Shown: in pieces, positions 54,827-64,000 of the stretch
How positions within the stretch are numbered: position 1 is the first letter of the stretch
Layout: the number at the start of each line of letters is the position of its first letter
The notes under the pieces: generated by a model
The model's database searches: none
Told to the model about the DNA's origin: nothing
Seen by the model: the letters and a program-made list of their open reading frames with translations, nothing else
NCBI GenBank assembly: GCA_964016885.1
Contig: OZ024743.1
Span: 263,624,001 to 263,688,000 of the forward strand
Length of the DNA: 64,000 nucleotides
Source of the DNA: Eledone cirrhosa
Taxonomy: Eukaryota
Direction: 5' to 3'
Made by a program: the position numbers and the translations under genes

Positions 54827-55550
54827 CTGTAAAGGAATTATAATAAAAGGTTTAAATAAATTAAAATTAATCTATAAATTAAATTACTAAGTATATATTA
54901 GTAATATTTAAAGGTTTTTCACAATTTATGATGACATAATATTTTATATTCTCATCTGTAATAGAATTGTAATTAAATTAAATTTATAGGTTAACTAACA
55001 TTTAAATTAAATTAATTTCTAAAATAATGTTATTAATTAGGTTTATAATATTTAAATGTTTTTTTTAGTTTATGATTACACGATATAATTAATTCCTGTC
55101 GTTTATTTAATAGGATATCCTTAGATTTCATTATTTCAAATAGTTCTTGGGAACATAATCTACATTCATTTCTATTATTTTGATAAGGGGTGGCTCTTTT
55201 GAGCACACTCCAGGTCAAATCATATTCTATATTCTTATTTTTATAACTATTGATTTTTTCTGCTAGAGATGTTGTATTAGCCAGTGCGGCATTTTTAAAA
55301 CTATGCTTGTGGGTATTAAACCTTGTCTTAAAATTGTTAGAGGTAGCTCCTATATATGAGCAAATAGAATCTTTAGTTTTAACATTACATTTATAGACTA
55401 TGTTGTTAACAAGACAATTCCCTTTTAATGGGCAGTTTGCTTTGTTTCTACAGTTACAACCTTTCGTTAATTCTGTATTTGAGGAGATATTATGGTTAAT
55501 TTGATGTACTGGTGGTATACTTATGGTTTTCTTACATTTATATGCATTAT
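54827..55550 (-). repeat. Inverted duplication of Naiad ORF end and proximal 3' UTR
   Basis: Reverse complement of 58034-58757; translated part identical to the ORF C-terminus. Confidence 0.95.
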
Positions 55551-55605
55551 TTTGTTCCCAAACGGACCTGAAATTTTGAATTGTTGTTATTATCAATAAA
55601 TATAT

Positions 55606-55759
55606 TTCATTATTTCTGAAGACGGCGTATATATGTGTTGGTATGTATATTTAATCTTGATAGTTTGTATAATTTTGTATAATTTTGTACATAGATCTGT
55701 TGAATATGCATGCCAATTCTAACACATATATATCCTAGAAACGATCGTTAAATAATGAA
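55606..55759 (+). ncRNA. Type I hammerhead ribozyme with ~115-nt helix II
   Basis: TTCATTATTT-CTGAAGA-[long hairpin]-GAAA-CGATCG-TT-AAATAATGAA; 10-bp helix I. Confidence 0.85.
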
Positions 55760-56109
55760 CTTTTTTTGTTTAATATAAGGAACTGTTTCATTGTTTTATT
55801 CATTATTTGTTTAATATTTTATCTTGACTCTGTATACCGTTTATCTTTCACCGAAAGTGATTTTTCATTACATCTCTTCTTTCCATGATATCCGGAATAC
55901 ATTGAGTTCTTCATACGGATTGGACACTACCGTAAACTCTTGGTAGATTTATCTACATAATTTTGCTCCTATTTTCACGGAAATATTCGTATTTTTGTAC
56001 TGTATGTGTGTATTAATTTTATATTTATGTATATACATATATATGTATGATTTTATAAACCCATATACATTTAGTTGAGCTCTTTCAATTGTCCATCATC
56101 CATATCACA

Positions 56110-58551
56110 ATGGAAAAACAATATTTGGGAACCTCTTTAAAAAACATACCAATACCTTCTAAGGATGACTTCTTACTCCTTATGATTCAAAAAACTAATA
56201 ATTTTATCAGAAGGGTTAGATGGAGAGCCTACCACTTCGATAGAAAATCTAAACAAGCAGATCGGAAATATATGTATGATTTCAATACTTACAAGAATCC
56301 ACCACACAACTTTTTACTTGAAGACTTCGAGAAAGACCTTTTTAATTTAATTAAACACCTCAAATTTAAAAAGTATAAATCCGTCTTTCAAAAGGACCTT
56401 GATTCTACCCTATTGGACCTAAAAAAGTCTAAAAAAATCCATGTCCACTCGGACAAAACTGGTAACTTGTATCATATGGATATTGAACATTATAATGAGT
56501 TCATATATAAAGAACTCAGAAAAAATTATAAAAAATCTAATAATGCGTCACTCACCAACATCAACAACAAAACACACAACATAGTAAAAAAACTAAACAT
56601 TGAAGTTAGAACTGAACCTTTGGCATTGAAAAGACCACACTTCAACCTGAAGGATCATAAATCAAACTTTAACTCAAATCCTTCTATTAGACTTATATGT
56701 CCCTCCAAATCAGATATTGGAATAATTAGCAAAAAAAATTTGGATAGAGTCATCCCACAAATAAGAAAACACGTTATTTTACCACTCTGGGAAAACACCT
56801 CCCAGGTAATTAACTGGTTTAAAAATATTAGATGTAAATCTTCTGCTTCATTTCTACAATTTGATATAGATAATTACTATTCTTCTATATCACCTATACT
56901 CCTGAACAAAGCATTGATATTTGCTAAAAATAGATCTAACTTAACTTTGGATGACATTAATATTATTACACATGCTAGACTAACACTTATTGAATTTCAG
57001 AATGAATACTGGACCAGAAACACATATAGTAATCTATTTGATATTACTATGGGTTCAAGCGATTCCGCCCAAATTACTGATCTTGTGGGCCTCTTTCTCC
57101 TTTTCAACATAAATGCCTCCTTTCCCCACCTCAAAGGTGGTTTATATCGTGATGACTGTCTTCTTCTTTCTAACAACCTTAGCCTTTCAGAAATTGAAAA
57201 AAACAAAAAACATATTAGAACTTTCCTTAAAGACTATTATAATCTTAATATTACTTTTGAAAAAACAAGTAAAGTAGTAAATTTCCTAGATATAACTTTA
57301 GATTTAGCTACGGGTATCTACCAACCTTACCATAAACCAAACCAAAACTTACATTACATACACTCACAATCTAATCACCCTAAATCTATCCTTAAAAACC
57401 TTGCATATAATATATCACTTAGAATTTCTAACCTTTCTTCTAACCAAGATGTATTTGATAAAAATGCGACCTTCTATAACGAAGCTCTAGATAGAAGTGG
57501 CCACAAAAATAGATTAGAATATATACCTTCTACTAAAAATACTGAAAGCATACAACCTAATATTACCAACAAACACCAAATGAAAAGTACACACCTAAAT
57601 GCCACCCACACTATACCCCAAAATACCAAATCTTCTAATATAAAGTATAGTAACTCTCAAAAAACTACTCATCATACAACTCTAATAAATATTAATAATA
57701 AAACTCCTAATAAAAAGGATAAAACACCTAAATCTACAAATATAACTAAAAATGGTTGTGGTGAGATCATTAACATTAATCCTCCTAGTAAAAATCACGA
57801 TACAACCTATAAAAATAATAAAAATAATAAACAACATAGAAACCGTAATAGACGGGTTACTTGGTATAATGCTCCATTTAATTTACAAATTAAGGATAAT
57901 ATTTCTAAAAAAATTTTTTATATCCTAGAGAAAAACTTCCCGCCAAACCACAAATACCATCAAATCTTAAATAGGTCTACAGTTAAATTCTCATACTCTA
58001 CAACAAATAACATAAAACAAAATATAAGTGCCTATAATGCATATAAATGTAAGAAAACCATAAGTATACCACCAGTACATCAAATTAACCATAATATCTC
58101 CTCAAATACAGAATTAACGAAAGGTTGTAACTGTAGAAACAAAGCAAACTGCCCATTAAAAGGGAATTGTCTTGTTAACAACATAGTCTATAAATGTAAT
58201 GTTAAAACTAAAGATTCTATTTGCTCATATATAGGAGCTACCTCTAACAATTTTAAGACAAGGTTTAATACCCACAAGCATAGTTTTAAAAATGCCGCAC
58301 TGGCTAATACAACATCTCTAGCAGAAAAAATCAATAGTTATAAAAATAAGAATATAGAATATGATTTGACCTGGAGTGTGCTCAAAAGAGCCACCCCTTA
58401 TCAAAATAATAGAAATGAATGTAGATTATGTTCCCAAGAACTATTTGAAATAATGAAATCTAAGGATATCCTATTAAATAAACGACAGGAATTAATTATA
58501 TCGTGTAATCATAAACTAAAAAAAACATTTAAATATTATAAACCTAATTAA
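56110..58551 (+). CDS. Naiad-type PLE polyprotein: reverse transcriptase + GIY-YIG endonuclease (813 aa from first ATG)
   Basis: SDKT, QFDI, ITMG, YRDD, FLDI; CNCRNKANC (CxCx5C) linker; NIVY..YIG; CRLC; CNH. Confidence 0.93.
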   Translation: MEKQYLGTSLKNIPIPSKDDFLLLMIQKTNNFIRRVRWRAYHFDRKSKQADRKYMYDFNTYKNPPHNFLLEDFEKDLFNLIKHLKFKKYKSVFQKDLDSTLLDLKKSKKIHVHSDKTGNLYHMDIEHYNEFIYKELRKNYKKSNNASLTNINNKTHNIVKKLNIEVRTEPLALKRPHFNLKDHKSNFNSNPSIRLICPSKSDIGIISKKNLDRVIPQIRKHVILPLWENTSQVINWFKNIRCKSSASFLQFDIDNYYSSISPILLNKALIFAKNRSNLTLDDINIITHARLTLIEFQNEYWTRNTYSNLFDITMGSSDSAQITDLVGLFLLFNINASFPHLKGGLYRDDCLLLSNNLSLSEIEKNKKHIRTFLKDYYNLNITFEKTSKVVNFLDITLDLATGIYQPYHKPNQNLHYIHSQSNHPKSILKNLAYNISLRISNLSSNQDVFDKNATFYNEALDRSGHKNRLEYIPSTKNTESIQPNITNKHQMKSTHLNATHTIPQNTKSSNIKYSNSQKTTHHTTLININNKTPNKKDKTPKSTNITKNGCGEIININPPSKNHDTTYKNNKNNKQHRNRNRRVTWYNAPFNLQIKDNISKKIFYILEKNFPPNHKYHQILNRSTVKFSYSTTNNIKQNISAYNAYKCKKTISIPPVHQINHNISSNTELTKGCNCRNKANCPLKGNCLVNNIVYKCNVKTKDSICSYIGATSNNFKTRFNTHKHSFKNAALANTTSLAEKINSYKNKNIEYDLTWSVLKRATPYQNNRNECRLCSQELFEIMKSKDILLNKRQELIISCNHKLKKTFKYYKPN

Positions 58552-59048
58552 TAACATTATTTTAGAAATTAATTTAATTTAAATGTTAGTTAACCTATAA
58601 ATTTAATTTAATTAAAATTCTATTACAGATGAGAATATAAAATATTATGTAATCATAAATTGTGAAAAACCTTTAAATATTACTAATATATACTTAGTAA
58701 TTTAATTTATAGATTAATTTTAATTTATTTAAACCTTTTATTATAATTCCTTTACAGATAAAATATAACAAAATATCGTGTATCCAATGACAGAGAAATA
58801 ATTTTTAGTATTATAGACCTAATTAATATACATTTTAGAAATATATTTATAATTTGGTTTTAAATTTAGTCAACCTAAAAATTTAATTTAATTGGCTTAA
58901 AATTAGTATCCTTATACTGACGAATTGCAGAATGTCATGTAATCATAGAATGGGATGTGTTTTGGATATATACCTAGTTAATATATTCTTTGCAATTTTT
59001 GAAAAAATATGTATATGTATATATGTATGTGTATGTGTATGTGTGTAT

Positions 59049-59082
<34 letters not shown>

Positions 59083-59857
59083 ATGTATATGTATATGTGT
59101 ATGTATATGTATATGTATATGTATTAATTTTGATTTCTATTTGCATATAATTATATTCTGCTATTGATAAAATACAATATCTGTTTTATTTATTATATAC
59201 CTAATTAACATATACTATAGAAATAAATATATAATTTTTAATTTAGTTAACCTATAATTTATATTCTACTACCGATGTAATACTTTATTTGTTTTTTCCC
59301 TATTACTAAATTCATTTCCTAATATTGATACCATAACGTTATTAACTTTAATTTAGTTATACTATAATTAATACTCTACTACTATTTAACTTCAAAATTC
59401 TGCTTCAAATATTATAAACCTAACTAATTTACACCTTAGAAATCAATATGTTAACTATCTTTAGTTTAGTTAACATATAATTAATGGTATACTTATTTAT
59501 TTTGAAATGCATAAATTTTGCCTTATTTCTTATTTATTGTATTTCCTAACACTGAAACTATGTAAAAACATACATTGGATCCAGATACGGATAATATTCT
59601 ATGTTTCTTGAAACATATATTTACTATAATCCCCTTCTCCACCCCCCCCCTTTCCCCCATACTATTATCATCTGTGTTTGTAAGCGTGTATGTATGAATA
59701 TATATGTAGGTAGGTGTATATATGTTTGGGTATTTATATCTGAATATAAAAATACATATATGCGCATGCAAATAAGAATGTAAGATTGTGTGTGTATATA
59801 TATGTGTGTATGTATATATATGTGTGTATATATGCATGTGTATATATATGTGTAAGT

Positions 59858-59927
<70 letters not shown>

Positions 59928-60176
59928 ATGTATGTATGTATATATGTGTGTGTATATATATGTATGTCTCTCTATTTATATGTCTATCTTCGTATCTATG
60001 TGGATATATGTGTGTGTGTGCATGTATACACATATATGTGTTTACGTGTATATGTGTGTATGTGTATATATGTGTGTGTGCACACACATATATATGTGAG
60101 TGTGTGTATGTGTGTGTGTATATGTATGTGTGTATATATATATATATATCTATGTGTGTATATATGTCTATATTCG

Positions 60177-60267
<91 letters not shown>

Positions 60268-60478
60268 TATTATTATAATATAACTTATGTGTATGAGTGT
60301 ATATGTGAGGGTGTGTATATGTATATATATGTGTATATATATGTGTAAAAAAATATATATGTGCATGTCTGTTTTTTATGTGTGTGTATATATATATATG
60401 TGTATATATATGTATATGTGGGTGTTTGTATGTGTGTTTATGGTTGTATGTGTGTGTGGGTCTCTATATATATAAGTG

Positions 60479-60517
<39 letters not shown>

Positions 60518-60848
60518 ATATATATCTCTATTAATGCGTGTATATATGTATATGTATATGCCTTTTTCTTTGTATGTCTGAGTTGTGTGAGGGTGTAGTG
60601 GTGTTTCTATGTATATACGCATATATGGATGCGTATGTATTTGTATATATGAGTATATGTAAGTGCGTATGTATGTATGAATATATATCTAATTCTATGT
60701 ATGAGTATATATGTGTGTGTATGTATGTTGTGTGTGTATGTATGTATATGTCTATGTGTGTATATATATATGTATGTATGTGTGTGTGTATGTATGTATG
60801 TATGTGTATGTATGTACATATATGTCTATGTATATGTGTATGTATATG

Positions 60849-60899
<51 letters not shown>

Positions 60900-61095
60900 T
60901 TATTTTTTATATATATGTGTGTGTGTGTATGTGTGTGTGTATGTGTATATATATCTTTATATATGTGTATGTGTATGTTCGTGTAGGTGTATGTGTGTGT
61001 ATGACTATATATGTATGTGTGTATGTGTGTATGTATATATATCTATGTGTGTGTACATGTATGTATGTGTATGTATGTGTATGTGTGTATATGTG

Positions 61096-61134
<39 letters not shown>

Positions 61135-61437
61135 ATATATATATATATATATATGTATATGTTTCTCTATTTGTATATGTATATGTGTATAGGTATATAC
61201 CTTTTTCTTCGTATGTCTGAGTTGTGTGAGAGTGTAGTGGTGTTTGTATGTATATACCGATATATGGATGCGTAAGTATTTGTCTGTATGTATGTATGTA
61301 TGTATGTATGTATTTGTGTGTATATATAGGTATGTATGTGTATATCTGTATGTATATAAGTATGTAAGTGTATGTATATGTGCGTGTATGTGTGTATATA
61401 TATGTGTGTCTATATAGTATGTGTGATTATATGTGTA

Positions 61438-61498
<61 letters not shown>

Positions 61499-61647
61499 AT
61501 TTATATGTATGTGTGTATATGTATGTATGTGTGTATATGTATATGTTTATATATATGTGTGTGTATGTATGTTCTAAGTGTGGATGTGTGTATATGTATG
61601 TATGTGTTTGTGTATATGTATGTATATATATATGTATATATATGTAC

Positions 61648-61704
<57 letters not shown>

Positions 61705-62332
61705 CTGGATATATTTCTTTTTTCTTTTTTCTTTTTCTTTTCTTTCCTTTTTAATGTTTATTTATTATTTATTATTTTTTATTTTCTTAGTTTATAGATA
61801 CATCTATAATAAGCAGTCTGCCCAAACCGTTGAATACTGACCTCTCCCCCCCCTCCCACCTAATTTCTGTATCTTGATCTAAATGTGTGTGCCAGTGTTT
61901 ATGTGAGTGAATTAATATCCATGTGCTTAGGATTTTATATCCACATATATATATGTGAGTGGGGGTGTGTGTGTGTTTGTATGTTCGTAGTTATGTGTAT
62001 GTTTATGCATATACGCGCGTGTGTGTGTGATTGTACGGATATGTGTGAGTATGAGAATATGTGTATACACTTATTTCATATTTATGTGTCTATACGCATC
62101 TTATCAGTGCATTATAAACTTACTGAGACATTAACCTTGAAATTTTGTATTTGCATCCATCCTTTTGGTATGCGTATACAAGTTGAGCATACATTTTTGT
62201 AAAATATGTGTAAGGGTAGTTACATGTATATACACACACCGAACTGCATTAAACCTTTTGTATTTTCATTGGTCAATTTTGTTCCCAAACGGACCTGAAA
62301 TTTTGAATTGTTGTTATTATCAATAAATATAT

Positions 62333-62486
62333 TTCATTATTTCTGAAGACGGCGTATATATGTGTTGGTATGTATATTTAATCTTGATAGTTTGTATAAT
62401 TTTGTATAATTTTGTACATAGATCTGTTGAATATGCATGCCAATTCTAACACATATATATCCTAGAAACGATCGTTAAATAATGAA
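62333..62486 (+). ncRNA. Hammerhead ribozyme with long helix II (3' pLTR copy)
   Basis: Matches 55606-55759. Confidence 0.85.
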
Positions 62487-62683
62487 CTTTTTTTGTTTAA
62501 TATAAGGAACTGTTTCATTGTTTTATTCATTATTTGTTTAATATTTTATCTTGACTCTGTATACCGTTTATCTTTCACCGAAAGTGATTTTTCATTACAT
62601 CTCTTCTTTCCATGATATCCGGAATACATTGAGTTCTTCATACGGATTGGACACTACCGTAAACTCTTGGTAGATTTATCTAC

Positions 62684-62795
<112 letters not shown>

Positions 62796-62797
62796 TT

Positions 62798-62864
<67 letters not shown>

Positions 62865-62867
62865 CAC

Positions 62868-63267
<400 letters not shown>

Positions 63268-63284
63268 CACACATATATATATAC

Positions 63285-63389
<105 letters not shown>

Positions 63390-64000
63390 AGTGTGTGTGT
63401 GTGTATCTGTGTGTGTGGGCGTGCGTGTGTGTGTGATCCTTTCATCTCTAAATAAAATGAAAACAACATGAAATTGCAACAGCAATTCTACACCCAAAGA
63501 GAAAATTAAATATAAAGAATAAACACGCCCATAGAATCATTCTTGCACTAGTGACAGGTTTTACATTTTCTTACAATTTCAGTGGTTGTTATTTCGAGGC
63601 ATTAACGGTTGACAAAAACATCTGTTGTTCTTTGTCACAATTAAAATATTGTCTTAAAATATTGTATTAACAGTTAATCCATCGAATTGTCAATCAACTC
63701 ATATTTTAGATCACCCATCCGTCCGACAGGAAGAACATTACAAATCCTCAAATCCATAGAAAAACATATAAAACAAACAAATTAAAGGGAGAAATAAAAA
63801 TGAAAACAAATATTTGGATTATGAAATAAAATTCATTGGCCTCATTTAAAACAATTTGTGCTGTGAATAGAAATCATTGAAGAATGTCAAGATTGTCATG
63901 GCATTCTATGGTAGCTGTAAAAACATAATCGCTTGTATTCGAATGCTGCTGGACTATGTTTTTTAGGACTTATTAATACATTCACGTATTTATTTATTCA

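Noticed and set aside
55033-55596. Stand-alone GIY-YIG nuclease gene
   Set aside because: Inverted duplicate of the Naiad C-terminus; the start derives from antisense pLTR sequence

Overview
Eukaryotic, AT-microsatellite-rich, gene-poor DNA; the SINE family and (TA)n load suggest an octopus/cephalopod genome (inference). No host protein-coding gene is supported and most listed ORFs are microsatellite artefacts. The window is a mosaic of transposable elements: a near-intact 6 kb Tx1/L1-clade LINE with decayed relatives, tRNA-derived Deu/Nin-domain-like SINEs, Tc1/mariner remnants and MITEs, RTE-like 3' fragments, and many Penelope-like elements (PLEs), including two long Naiad-type RT+GIY-YIG ORFs. 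Reading the non-coding DNA by eye reveals about 20 type I hammerhead ribozyme (HHR) motifs, intact or decayed. These include a variant with a ~115-nt helix II in 4 copies, a tandem ~430-nt HHR repeat, and two ~500-nt HHR units with a permuted inverted-repeat layout. There also appear to be two microsatellite niches: PLE/RTE pieces sit in (TA)n, while the LINE and SINE sit in (ATT)n and share a 3' motif. All structures were folded and aligned by eye; boundaries are approximate.
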